Assembly (NCBI RefSeq): GCF_009914755.1
Contig: NC_060927.1
Source: the human T2T-CHM13v2.0 reference genome, Homo sapiens
Length of the DNA stretch: 64,000 bases
Direction: 5' to 3' (one strand)
The position numbers and the translations under genes are program-made. Positions 1 to 19,200 of this stretch are shown piece by piece; the first letter of the stretch is position 1; the number at the start of each line of letters is the position of its first letter. A model generated the notes under the pieces. It saw only the letters and a list, made by a program, of their open reading frames with translations. It did not search any database and had not been told where the DNA came from.

Positions 1-392
1 CAGCTCAAGTTTGATGTCTGAGAGACAGACAAGGGAGGAGGATTGGATAGGAAGAACCTCAGACTGCAGTGCAGCTGTCGGAGTCTCAGCCAGGTCACTG
101 GAGAGTCCCTGAGCCAAAGTTTCCTATTAGAAGAATCCCATATGCTTCAGGAATGGGCCAGCACTAGAACCCACACACACTGTGCAGGGCAGGCATGATC
201 TTGGCATGTGGATGAATGCAGTGGGGAATCCAGAGAGGTGGAAGCCGGGATCTTTAGTCCACTGTGCTCCCTGTAGCAGGAGGTCTTCCTGCTTCTCCCA
301 TCTCCCCTACATTCCATTCTCCACACAACAGCTCCCATTTCTTCAGAGTGAAGCGCATATCCTCCCTGTGCCTACAAGACTCCCCTTCAGTC

Positions 393-974
<582 letters not shown>

Positions 975-989
975 CCCCTTCACTTCTAT

Positions 990-1460
990 GATCCCACCTC
1001 TACCTGGCCTCTCACCCTCTCCTTTCCAGTCCCATCCTCATCCTTGCTACTCCTCAATCTCTGTGCTGGCTGTTTCCCATGCTCAGAATACTCTTTCCCA
1101 TATATCTGCTTGTGTCACTCCCTTGCCACCTTCAAATCTCTGCCACCTCTCACCTCAATGACAACTATCGTGATCACTCTGTTTAAAACTGCAACCTCCT
1201 TCCCCTGTACCCTGTGACTTCCCATAGCCCTCATGGTGTCTACTTTTTCTTTATATTTTCCCTGGCACATAGCACTTGCTCACATGCTACATAATGTACT
1301 TATTTATTATAGTTGTTGCTTCGTGTCTGTCTCCCCACCCCCACCATAGAAGGTAAAACTCCATGAGTCCGTATCCATTTGCTTACTACTAGATCTCAAG
1401 CAGTTAGCACAGTGCCTGGACATATTAGGTGCTCAATAATTATCAGTTGGACCATCAAAT
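990..1460 (+). mobile_element. L2 3' end remnant
   Basis: Typical tail gcacagtgcctggacatattaggtgctcaataa. Confidence 0.7.
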
Positions 1461-1544
1461 AAATTTGTAAAGCAGGCTTTGTTTGTTTTTGGTTTACATG
1501 ATGACATTTTGAAAAAATTTAAATATAAATTAACATTCTTTCTA

Positions 1545-1709
<165 letters not shown>

Positions 1710-2966
1710 TCAGTCCTGCAGCTGCACTGCACATCTCCACAAAAGCCACAAGTAAGCTCAGCCTGAGGCCTGTGACTTCCAAGGTGAAATCGACAGCCTC
1801 ACCTTTCCAGCCCCACCTTTATCTTAGGATCTGGCAATACCACTGTTCTTGCTATGAACTGCAGAGGAGGCTGTTCTCAGTTCACCTTCATACGTGGACA
1901 CAGATGAAGACTCCTTGAAATAGTTCATGTAGTTGTGGCTACATCCATGAATAATAGAAGTCCTCTCAAATATTTACTGAGTGGCTGACAAGTTCCATGC
2001 CCCAAGGCACTTCACTAAAGTCTCCTGCCACTACATGGTCAAGCCTGAATGTGTAGCCAGGCAGTGTAGCTCCAGAGCCATACTCTAAACCACTGTGCTT
2101 CACCACCTTTCAATAACGAAGAGCACACAATCTTTGAACTTCAAATGTAAAACTCTGAAATTACTAGCACCTACCTCCAAGGGCTTTTGTGAATATTAAA
2201 TAGGAAAAAATATGCAAAGTGCTTAACATAATGCCTGGTACATATTGAATGATGCCAGGTTTACTATTGTTGTGCTGGCAATGTGTCACTGCATTTCTTA
2301 TTTTTTCTTTTGCTGACTCCATTTCATCATTCAGATTCCAAATCAGTGTCTTTCCTTCAGGAAGAGCTTCAACCTTCACCTTACACCATACATAATAATT
2401 AACTCAAAATGGACCATGGACTGAAACATAAAAGCCAAAACTACAGAACTTCTAGAAGTAAACAGGAGTAAAGCTCTTTGTAACCTTGTAGCAGCCAAAG
2501 ATTTTTTAGACTGCTTTGTTCTTCCTATATTCTCTGACAGCTTAATACATGTATAGCCCCTATCCTGGTACTCATCATACCATATTTTCAGGGCCATTAA
2601 TTGTTACTTTTCCCCTCTGGACTGTGAGCTTCATAAGATTGAAAACCATGTCTTTTTTTTTTTTTTTAATTTCATTGGCACACCCCTGTATCTTCCATAG
2701 AGCCTGGCCCATAACAGGCCAGTGTTGGTGAGTAAATGGCTGAAGGAACACGAACTTGAGTGTTGACCTAGAAATGGCTTTGTGTGTGGGGGCCTCTGGC
2801 CAATTGGCTGCACGTGCTGTTCAGGGCCAACCAACACAGCACTCAGAGCTCTAGGCATTACTAGGCCATACTCAGCCACTCAAATGGATCCACACAGAGC
2901 TCTGATGGAAGCAAAGGGGCTTCTTTCCCACTCCAAGTCTCTTCAAAAACATCTTTAATATTCTTA

Positions 2967-3161
<195 letters not shown>

Positions 3162-3748
3162 CTATCTTACTGGCCTTGATTTTTTTTTCCATTTCAATGT
3201 GACATTTAACATTCTGGTCTTCAGCAAACCAGAGTTCAAAAATGCAAGCTTTTTAAGCAAGTCCTGGTATTTAGAATTTCAGAGAAACAGGCCCAGAGAT
3301 AAATTGTGAAGCTGCATTTCAAGGCCTAGCTTTATGTCCATATTCTTGAGAATAGTTTCAGGTAACATGAGACCCAAGCACTGGAGGTTGTACTTTGTCA
3401 CCACCATTCTAGAGCTGTCACTCTGATGTACAGAAGGAGACAATGGTGACAGAACAATGAAGAGAGTAAATGACAAGCAAATAGCTGAATTTTTTCATAC
3501 CTGTGTTCATGGATTGGAAGGTTTAATATTGTTAAGATATCGTACTACCCAGGGTGATCTACAGATTCAGTGCAATCCTTATCAAACTCCCAATGACATT
3601 TTTTACAAAAATATAAAAATCCATTCTAAAATTCATATGGAATTTCAAGTGACCCCAAATAGCCAGAACAATCTTGAAAAAAAACAAATTGTGAGGTCTC
3701 ACACTTCCTGATATCGAAATTTATTACAAAGCTACAGTAATCAAAATA

Positions 3749-4081
3749 GGGTAATTTATCATGGAAAGAGATTTAATTGACTCACAGTTCAGTTCAGCAT
3801 GGCTGGGGAGGCCTCAGAAAAATTACCATTATGGTGGAAGGGGAAGCAAACATGTCCTTCTTCATACGGCAGCAGGAAGGAGAAGAATGAGAGTGAAGCG
3901 AAGGGGAAAGCCCCTAATGAAACTATCAGATCTCATGAGAACTCACTATTACGAGAATAGCATGGGGGAAACCCTCGCCATGACTCAATTATCTCCCACC
4001 AGGGCCCTCTACCACACGTTAGGATTATGGGTACTACAATTCATGATGAGATTTGGGTGGGGACACAGACAAACCATATCA
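3749..4081 (-). mobile_element. THE1 (MaLR) solo LTR, one end truncated
   Basis: gggtggggacacagacaaaccatatca terminus; atttaattgactcacagttc motif. Confidence 0.85.
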
Positions 4082-4435
4082 AGGTGGTACTAGCATAAAG
4101 ACACATATAGACCAACGGAATAGAATAGAGAGCCCAGAAGTAAACTTTTGCATATATGGCCAAATTATTTTCCACAAGGGTGACAAGACTATGGAATAGT
4201 CTTGGCAATGTCCTTGGAAAAAGGACAGTCTTTTCAACAAATGGTAAAGGGAAAACTGAATCTCCACTTGCAAAAAATGAAGTTAGAATCTTTACTTACA
4301 CCATATAAAAAATTAACTCAATATGGATTAAAGTCCTAAATGTAAGACCTGAAAAACATAAAACTCATAGAAGAAAAATTTGAAAGTCATATACCTAACA
4401 AGGGGTTAACATCCAGAATATGTAAATAACTCTGA

Positions 4436-4730
4436 CAACAGAAAACCAAACACTGCATGTTCTCACTCTAAGTGTGAGTTGAACAATAAGAACACATGGA
4501 CACAGGGAGGGGAACAACACACACTGGGGCCTGTTGGGGGTGGGGAGCAAGGGGAGGGAGAGGATTAGGACAAATACCTAATGCATGTGGGGCTTAAAAC
4601 CTAGATAACGGGTTGATGGAGAAGCAAACCACCATGGCACACATACAGCTATGTAACAAACCTTCATGTTCTGCACCTGTATCCCAGAACTTACAGTAAA
4701 ATAAAATTAAATTAAATAATAAAATAAAAT
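4436..4730 (+). mobile_element. 5'-truncated L1PA (about PA8-PA10) 3' end
   Basis: L1PA 3'UTR with A-rich tail; degenerate TSD aactctgacaac / aactcctacaac. Confidence 0.8.
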
Positions 4731-5293
4731 AGAACTCCTACAACTCAACAATAAAAAATTAAATGACCTAATTAAAAAATGACCAAAGGATTTGAATAGA
4801 TATTTCTCCAAAGATGAAATACAAATGGCCAACGAGCATATGAAAAGATGCTCAACATCACTAACCATTAGAAAAATGCAAACCAAAACCACAAAGAGAT
4901 GACCTCATGCCCATTAGGATGGCTACTATTTTTTAAAAAACCTAAAATAACAAGTGTTGATGAAGATGTGGAGAAATGGGAACACTTGTGCACTGTTGAT
5001 GAGATTGTAAAATGGTGCAATCCCTATGGAAAACAGTATGAAGACTCCTCAAAAATTAAAAATAGACCTGCTATATGATCCAGCAAAGCCACTTCTAGGT
5101 ATATGTATAAAAGAATTGAAAGCAGGTTCTCAAGAACTTATTTGCCTACCCATGATCATAGCAGCACTGTTCATAATAACAAAGAGGTGGAAGCAACCCA
5201 AATGCCCTTTGCCAGATAAGTAGACAATCTCCTAAAAAAAGAAAATAGCTTACATCTTTTTTATATTCCCACACTGTCAAAAATACTGGGTCT

Positions 5294-5294
5294 G

Positions 5295-5333
<39 letters not shown>
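5294..5333. repeat. (CG)n(CA)n microsatellite
   Basis: Direct. Confidence 0.95.
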
Positions 5334-5338
<5 letters not shown>

Positions 5339-5788
5339 GGACTGAAACAAGTAATTCAGTCAAACAACCTGTCAGTTCAGAGTAAAATGTGGTATATGCA
5401 TGTGATGGAATATTAATCAGCCTGAAAAAGGAAGAAAATTTTGCCACATTCTACAACATGTATAAACCTTGAAATCATTATGCAAGGTGAAACAATCCAG
5501 TCATAAAAAGACAAATACTGTGTGATCCACTTATATGAGGCAGGGGCTGAGGGGAAGATTGAAATGGGGAGTTGGTATTTCATGGATATAGACTTTCAGT
5601 TTTGCAAGATGAAAAGAGTTCTGGAGATGAATAATGATAATGTTGTGCAGCACTGTGAATGCACTTAATTCCAATAAACTTAAAATAGTTAAGACGGTAT
5701 CTTTTATGTTATGTGTACTTTGTCACAATTTTAATAAAAACTGGGCCCTTCCTTTCTCTTCCCTGAATCTTCCATCATATTCTATCCT

Positions 5789-6163
5789 TGCTATGGTTTG
5801 AATGTTCCCTCCAAAAGTCATGTTGAAATTTAATTGGCATTATTATGGTATTAAGAGGTGGGACCCTTAGGAGGTGATTAAGCCATGAAGACACTTCCTT
5901 TGTGATGTATTAATGCCAATATCTCAGGAGTGGGTTCCTGATAAAAGGTGAGTTCAGGCCTCTTTACCCTTGCTCTCTCATGTGCACATTTTTGCCCTTC
6001 TGCCTTCTGCCATGGGATGATGCAGCAAGAAGACCCTCACCAGATACAGACCCTTTGATCTTGGACTTCCCAGTCTCCAGAACTGTAAGAAATACATCTG
6101 TATTCTTTACAAATTATCCAGTCTGTGGTATTTTGTTATCACAACATAAAATTGACTAAGATA
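5789..6163 (+). mobile_element. MST (MaLR) solo LTR
   Basis: tgctatggtttgaatg...gactaagata termini; near-TSD atcct/attct. Confidence 0.85.
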
Positions 6164-8365
6164 ATTCTCTAATTTATTTCCCTTTTTATCTGCTGTCTCA
6201 AAAAAAAAATCTCGTATCTTTTGTTATAATCCCAAGCTGCAAAAATACTGAGTCTGCAAGCACAAACACATACACACGCTCACTTGGGACAGAAACAAGC
6301 AATTCAGTTAAACAGCTTATCAGTTCAGAGTAAAAGAAGTGGACCTTTTCTGGTAAACTATCCAGTCATAGTAGCCCTGAAAGCTAAAGAACAAAGGCCT
6401 TGAGGACTTGAAAAAACTCAAAGCAGCCAAGTCCAAGAGCAGAAATGGTCATGAGGCTGCTACAGGCAAGAGCTCCTCCTTGCTTCAGGCTTTTTCTGAG
6501 CTGCTCACCTTTTGTGTGACAAATGAGCATATCAGATTAAATAATGTCTGTCCTAAAATATGTGTGTGTGAATGTAGGGTTGCAGGAGGTTGTTAAAAAT
6601 GTCCTCATATAAACAGGCATTAAAAGAGTTTAAAAAGGCAACATCTTTTAATACCAGTTTTAAATTATAAAGTTATAGATGCTTTGATAAAAATCTGCAA
6701 TTGCAGATTTGTGGGATTTTTCAAGTCTTCATACAGATCTTAAGCAAATGAGACAGCAGACTGTCGCTGCTGTTTCTGCCTGACATTCTAGTCTCCCACC
6801 TCTTACTTCCACCATTCTCTCTTTTCCAGCTGAAGCCTGACCATTGATGGGACAGGCAGATCAAAATGACATCTGATGTGGAGTAAAACCATGCCCACCA
6901 GGAGGAAATTACATGCCTCCTTGTATGAAGACATTTTTAACAGCCTCCTCCCACCCCACATTCACGTATCCACTGTTCATCCAAAACTTCCAGGGGAGAG
7001 CAACAGCTTTCCCCACACTTGACTCCTGCCTCTCTGCTTAAAGAGGGGTTTTCCTCCCTGCCTTATGGGTATTTTAATAGTGAAAATGGCCTCAGAGCAA
7101 ATTACCTTCCCATAATAGAGAAAGAAGGCTCCTTGCATCTCACCACAAGGGCTAGGCAGAGCAAACCGCAGCTGTGGAAACAATGCACTCTCCTGATCTG
7201 TCTCCTCCATAGGTCCTGCCCTCCTCATCAAAGGCTTCCAGGGAAGCTGCAGTAAGCAACGAGTAGCAACACCTGCACTCAGTTAGCACCTCATGCAACA
7301 GCCAAATCTCCAAAGGGGAGACCACATTCCCCAAGGACATTGCCAGGATGGCACCTATTCCTGGGGCTATCTGTGCCCTCCTCAAGGCACAGCCCCTCCA
7401 CTGGCCAGCCTTAACCAGGTTCCAGGTTCCACCCAGCAACAGAGACAGACAGTCCCTACAAAGACACCACCTAGAAGGGAGAAGAATTCTCCAGAGACAT
7501 ATAGACCAAACCAGACCTTGTAGTCAAAGAAAGGGCAGTTTTCAAAGTCTGACCACTAACCGGTGTCCCAGAAACCACTAGAGCCAAGTAAAGGAGAATA
7601 GATGTGTACATGATTTAGAGAACACTTCCAGGAAAAAGGTAGGGTGGAAGTGACTGGAGACTGCCTTCCCAAATTCCCATTTAAAATCTATGAAAACATT
7701 TGAAAATAAGAACATGTTCTAAAGAAGCATGACGAGAGTGGGCATTGCCCAGATTCCAGGAGGAAAGCCTCCCAGGGTCATCAGTCCATTTTTCCTTGGA
7801 GCATCCAACCTTGTTCACATAGCCCCTTTCCTGATGATGTTGTATTCCCTAATAAGTGCCTGCAAGGTCTGGGAGTCCCCAGTCCTACTCCCCACCAGAG
7901 GTACAAACAGCTGGTAGCCAGCTTTCACCATCATACCTCTAGCGGGAGTGATTTTTTGCCTCTGCGCCCAAGTCCCTCAAGCCTTAGAAACAGTAAGTCA
8001 TTGCTCCAGTCATTTTAGAAATATTAGATAAGCCATTCCATTCACAAGAAGCTTCTTATATTTGCCTGAACCTGAGTGGGTCTCTTTGAATTACTAGAGG
8101 ATCTGAAAGGAAATGTACAGCTACAAGGGTAACTAATGTGGGAAATGTAGTACAATACTTGCAACTTGCCAAGTCAGATACCACAAATGTTACTATAAAC
8201 ATCCTTAAAGAAGAATCTGCAAGAAACTGAACCAAAGAGGAAGGGAAAATAAGAATACAAAAGACATTTAGAAAATATTAAAAATTGAAATGCCACATAT
8301 TAAAACCTACAAGACAGAGACAAAGCTGTACCCCTAAGCAGTGTCCCTATAAATATTTTTATTAT

Positions 8366-8842
8366 TTACAACAAGAAGGAAAATGCAGTCAGGCTGGAGC
8401 CAAGATGGCCGAATAGGAACAGCTCCAGTCTACAGCTCCCAGCGTGAGCGACGCAGAAGATGGGTGATTTCTGCATTTCCATCTGAGGTAACGGGTTCAT
8501 CTCACTAGGGAGTGCCAGACAGTGGATGCAGGACAGTGGGTGCAGCGCACCGTGCATGAGCCAAAGCAGGGTGAGGCATTGCCTCACTCGGGAAGCACAA
8601 GGGGTCAGGGAGTTCCCTTTCCTAGTCAAAGAAAGGGGTGAGAGACGGCACCTGGAAAATCGGGTCACTCCCACCCCAATACTGCGCTTTTCCGACGGGC
8701 TTAAAAAATGGCGCACCAGGAGATTATATCCCGCACCTGGCTCGGAGGGTCCTACACCCACGGAGTCTCGCTGATTGCTAGCACAGCAGTCTGAGATCAA
8801 ACTGCAAGGCAGCAGGGAGGCTGGGGGAGGGGCACCCACCAT
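8366..8842 (-). CDS. L1 antisense ORF0, open and extended to 158 aa
   Basis: ATG at 8842 in gggcaATGG context; MVGAPPPASLLPCSLISDCCASNQRDSVGVGPSEPG matches ORF0; expression not shown. Confidence 0.55.
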   Translation of the reverse strand: MVGAPPPASLLPCSLISDCCASNQRDSVGVGPSEPGAGYNLLVRHFLSPSEKRSIGVGVTRFSRCRLSPLSLTRKGNSLTPCASRVRQCLTLLWLMHGALHPLSCIHCLALPSEMNPLPQMEMQKSPIFCVAHAGSCRLELFLFGHLGSSLTAFSFLL

Positions 8843-9425
8843 TGCCCAGGCTTGCTTAGGTAAACAAAGCAGCCGAGAAGCTCCAACTGGGTGGAGCCCA
8901 CCACAGCTCAAGGAGGCCTGCCTGCCTCTGTAGGCTCCACCTCTGGGGGCAGGGCACAGACAAACAAAAAGACAGCAGTAACCTCTGCAGACTTAGATGT
9001 CCCTGTCTGACAGCTTTGAAGAGAGCAGTGGTTCTCCCAGCACCCAGCTGGAGATCTGAGAACAGGCAGACTGCCTCCTCAAGTGGGTCCCTGACCCCTG
9101 ACCCCCGAGCAGCCTAACTGGGAGGCACCCCCCAGTAGGGGCAGACTGACACCTCACACGGCCGGGTACTCCTCTGAGACAAAACTTCCAGAGAAATGAT
9201 CAGACAGCAGCATTCGCGGTTCACAAAAATCCGCTGTTCTGCAGCCACCGCTGCTGGTACCCAGGCAAACAGGGTCTGGAGTGGACCTCTAGCAAACTCC
9301 AACAGACCTGCAGCTGAGGGTCCTGTCTGTTAGAAGGAAAACTAACAAACAGAAAGGACACCCACACCAAAAACCCATCTGTACATCACCATCATCAAAG
9401 ACCAAAAGTAGGTAAAACCACAAAG

Positions 9426-10442
9426 ATGGGGAAAAAACAGAGCAGAAAAACTGGAAACTCTAAAAGGCAGAGCACCTCTCCTCCTCCAAAGGAACGCAGC
9501 TCCTCACCAGCAACGGAACAAAGCAGGACGGAGAATGACTTTGACGAGTTGAGAGAAGAAGGCTTCAGACGATCAAACTACTCCGAGCTACAGGAGGAAA
9601 TTCAAACCAAAGGCAAAGAAGTTGAAAACTTTGAAAAAAATTTAGACGAAAGTATAACTAGAATAACCAATACAGAGAAGTGCTTAAAGGAGCTGATGGA
9701 GCTGAAAGCCAAGGCTCGAGAACTACGTGAAGAATTCAGAAGCCTCAGGAGCTGATGTGATCAACTGGAAGAAAGGGTATCAGTGATGGAAGATGAAATG
9801 AATGAAATGAAGCGAGAAGGGAAGTTTAGAGAAAAAAGAATAAAAAGAAACGAACAAAGCCTCCAAGAAATATGGGACTATGTGAAAACACCAAATCTAC
9901 GTCTGATTGGTGTACCTGAAAGTGACAGGGAGAATGGAACCAAGTTGGAAAACACTCTGCAGGATATTATCCAGGAGAACTTCCCCAATCTAGAAAGGCA
10001 GGCCAACATTCAGATTCAGGAAATACAGAGAACGCCACAAAGATACTCCTTGAGAAGAGCAACTCCAAGACACATAATTGTCAGATTTACCAAAGTTGAA
10101 ATGAAGGAAAAAATGTTAAGCGCAGCCAGAGAGAAAGGTCGGGTTACCCACAAAGGGAAGCCCATCAGACTAACAGCAGACCTCTCGGCAGAAACTCTAC
10201 AAGCCAGAAGAGAGTGGGGGCCAATATTCAACATTCTTAAAGAAAAGAATTTTCAACCCAGAATTTCATATCCAGACAAACTAAGCTTCATAAGTGAAGG
10301 AGAAATAAAATCCTTTACAGACAAGCAAATGCTGAGAGATTTTGTCGCCACCAGGCCTGCCCTAAAAGAGCTCCTGAAGGAAGCACTAAACATGGAAAAG
10401 AACAACCGATACCAGCCATTGCAAAATCATGCCAAATTGTAA
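9426..10442 (+). pseudogene. L1 ORF1p with premature TGA at 9753-9755
   Basis: MGKKQSRKTGNSK... split into 9426-9755 and 9783-10442. Confidence 0.95.
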
Positions 10443-10505
10443 AGACCATTGAGGCTAGGAAGAAACTGCATCAACTAATGAGCAAAATAACCAGCTAACA
10501 TCATA

Positions 10506-14334
<3,829 letters not shown>

Positions 14335-14645
14335 ACAATGAGAACACATGGACACAGGAAGGGGAACATCACACTCTGGGGACTGTTGTGGGGTGGGCGG
14401 AGTGGGGAGGGATAGCTTTAGGAGATATACCTAATGCTAATTGACGAGTTAATGGGTGCAGCACACCAGCATGGCACATGTATACATATGTAACTAACCT
14501 GCACATTGTGCACATGTACCCTAAAACTTAAAGTATAATAATAATAAAATAAAAAACAAAAAAGAAGGAAAATGCATGAACTAAACATTCAAATTCATAT
14601 TTTAGAAAATGTTATGTCCTATTGAATGTATAATGAAGAAAATAA

Positions 14646-15050
<405 letters not shown>

Positions 15051-15053
15051 TAA

Positions 15054-15351
<298 letters not shown>

Positions 15352-15780
15352 AAATAGAATTTAATACATAAATAGAATTTAAGATATAGTTTTAGAAAAA
15401 CATAGAATTTAAGACAAATAGAATTTAAGACATAGTTATAGAAAAACTATAGAATAGTTTTTAAAATGGAATTTAAGATATAGTTTAAAAAAACATAAAA
15501 ATAGGCAAGCCTCTGGCAATTCTAATCACAGAAAAAAGAAAACATATGAACAAAATGATAAATGAGAAGAAGAATATAGCAAAATATTCAGAGAAATTTT
15601 AAAACTGAAAAAGATTACCAATGAAAAATGAAAAAGCTATTAATAAATGAATTCCTTCCCATTTCACTAATTCCTTATATCCCTCTCCAAAAGATTTGCA
15701 GATATAAATCACTTTACTGGATAATTCTCTCTTTCTTTCTCCCAGAATACCTCATTTCCATGCTATTAAAAACATTTCAA

Positions 15781-16077
<297 letters not shown>

Positions 16078-16249
16078 TTAATACATGGGAAAGATGGGGA
16101 GGAGCCATACAAGTCATCAAAAGAGTAAACAAATGCTGACAACAAATTTTATCAAAAATAGCACACAATTTTATATATATATAAAATATTGATATGTATA
16201 ATACTGATGTACATACATATATATATATATATAGTTTTATATAACAAGG

Positions 16250-19200
16250 CAACTAGTTACAAGGCATAATGAAAGAAAAGACCACATTTATAATGGCAAC
16301 AAAAAACAGTAAAATTCACAAACAAATTTAACAAGAATTGTGGAAGATCTGTATGAAGAAAACTTTAAAGCAATTAGAGGAACACAAAAGAAGATTTTAA
16401 CAAATGAAAAATATGTCATGTTCTCAATGAGTTCCAACCTCATAAAGATGTCAGTTTCCTCTAGGTTAATTTATAAATCCTTTCATCATGTCAATAAAAC
16501 TAACCAAGTTGACTATAAAATTTACATGAAAAAATCAACAAGAGCCATAAAAATTCTCAAAAGGAACCTCTAGCACTCCTAGACATTACAACATTAGACA
16601 ATCTTGATAGTTAAAAAGTGTGGTTCTGGCATATGAAAACGCAGACCAATGGAAGAGAAAAGAAAGTCCAGAAATAGATCTGAATACCTAAGTAACATTT
16701 CACATCAGAGGATAAGAGGTGGACTATTTAACAAATGGTGTTGGGACAAATGGATAGACATCTGGGACGGAACTATGAAGTCAGATCTATTTATGACACC
16801 CTACCCTTGAATGAATTCCAAATTATTCAAGGATTTAAATTTTTAAAAAAGGAAACTATAAAAGCACTGTAAGAAAATATGAGAGAGTCCTTTTATAACT
16901 CAAGGCTAGAGAAAGTGTTTCTAACTATAAATCAAAATCCACGGGCATAGAGGAAAGTTTGTTAAATTTAATAAAGGAAAAGAAAAAAATAATAAGCAAA
17001 ATTAAGAGACCATTGATGCCTGCTTCAATTGTGATGAAGACATGAAGTAGCTGGGCAAACCCTCCCACAGATAATGAGTATTAAACTGGAAAATATATAT
17101 ATAAGGACAATTATTTGAAGGCCCTGGAAGGTAAACAAAAGGAGGCAGAAACTGGGGCAGAGTTTCCCCTTAAAAGAAGGTACCTGCAATGCATAAGAAT
17201 TATGAAAATGTTTAACTGTTTTGGTCTGAGAGTGTTTTCCAACTTCCCCACTCCCACCCCAACACTGGCAAATGGCTGCAGTCCTGAAGATTTAAGGTGG
17301 CCGAGGGTGGGGTTCAGAGCTGGCAGAGCAGCTGGAAATTTAGGGAGGAAATCCTGGAAGCATGCAAGAGAGAGCTAAGCAACAGGAGGCATAAAACATG
17401 GAAATGACATACTTAAAGTGCTAGAAAAACAAATTGTCAAGCACTGATTCTATATACAATGAAACTCTACTTCATAAATGAGTATGAAATAAAGACATTT
17501 TCAGATCAATATAAACTGAGAATGGGTTGCCAACAGAACTGAACCACAAGATATATTAAAGGAAGTTGTTCAGGCTAAAAAGAAATACTACCAAAAGATA
17601 ACTTGGATCTACAGGAAAAAAAATGTCTTTAAAAGGCATGTGCCCATTAAAAGCAAAAATGATAAACTGTATTGTTGGGTTTATTGTGTACATTAGCATA
17701 ACTATATGATAAAAAACAAACAGGGGACTAAACTGTGGCATGGTTCCTGTTTCACTTGAAGGAATTCAACGTTAACTCTATTTTGCCAATTTAACAATGC
17801 ATTGTTTAATATGTGAAGAAACCACTAAAAAATGCAAATAGGTAAAGCTAAAAGGCCAGCAGAGGATTAAAATGAAATACTAAATATACATGATTAACAC
17901 AAAAGGAAGCAGGAATGGAGAAATAATGGAGTAGCAAAGGAACAACAACAATGACAAAAAAAAAAAGAGATAAATAGAAAACCAATAGAAAAATAGCAAA
18001 GCAAAATCCAATTATATAACTATATTAAATGTAAATGAACTTTAGTCATCAAAAGTCAGAGACTGGATTGATAGACTGCATAAAAAGCAAAAACCAACTA
18101 TATGTTGTTTACAAGATATACGCTACAAATACAAAGACACAGAAGGTTTGAGAGTAAAAGAATGGAAAAAGATATACCATGCAAACAAAGAGCTTAAGAA
18201 AGCTGAAGTAGCTATATTAATATTAGACAAAACAAATATTTAAATGAGTATTATTAGAGACAAAGAAGACATTCCATAATAATAAAAGAATGAATACATC
18301 AGGAGGATAATAATAATCATCGTAAATATGTATGTACCTGATAATAGTGCTTCAAAATACACAAAGCCAAATTTGACAAAAAGAGAGAAAGAACAGACAA
18401 ATCCACAATCATAGATAGAGATTTCAAGCCTCTCTTTCAGTAATTCATAAAAATGCTAAGTAAAAATCAGTAAAGGTACAAAAGATCTAAATGACACTAT
18501 CAACCACCTTAACTTAACTGACCTTTTAAGGAGTATTTAAGAATGTGGCAGAATCCACATTCTTTCCAAGTGCATGTGAAACATTTCCCAAGATAGACTA
18601 TAAAAGATGTTTCTCTTTATTTCAAAAGATTGAAATTTTACAGAGTGTATTCTCTGATCATAACTGAACTGAAATTAGATAATAATCAGACAACCAGAAA
18701 ACAACTAGAAAGGTATAAAATATTTGGAAATATTAAAAAACACACTTCTAAATGACATATGGGACAAAGAAGAAATCATGAGAAAATGTAGGGAATATTT
18801 TGAACCAAAAGGTAATAAAAACACAGTGTATTGACATCTGTGGAATGCAGCTAAAGCAGTTCTTGGACAGAAATGCATAGCTTTATACAATTGTATAAGA
18901 AGAAAAATCTAAAACCAACTATTTAAGCTTCCAACTTAAGAAGCTAGAAAAAGAAGAGCAAATTAAAATCAAAGCAAATTGAATGAAAAAATTAATAAAG
19001 ACTTTGAAACTTTCATATATTGCTGATATGAATGTAAAATTATGCTGTCAATTTGAAAAAGGTTTAGCAGTTTATTAGAAAGTTACATATATACTTATCG
19101 CAGGGCCCAGCAATTACACCTAGGTATTTATCCCAGAGAAATGCAAAAATATCCACAAAAGATTTTTATACGGAAGTGTTCGCAGCAACTTTATTCATAA

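Larger units (their letters stand above)
3500..5740 (+). mobile_element. Old L1M (L1MB-like) ORF2 end and 3' UTR, split by later insertions
   Basis: L1 ORF2-like ORFs 3457-3711 and 5026-5223; L1M 3'UTR motifs. Confidence 0.8.
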
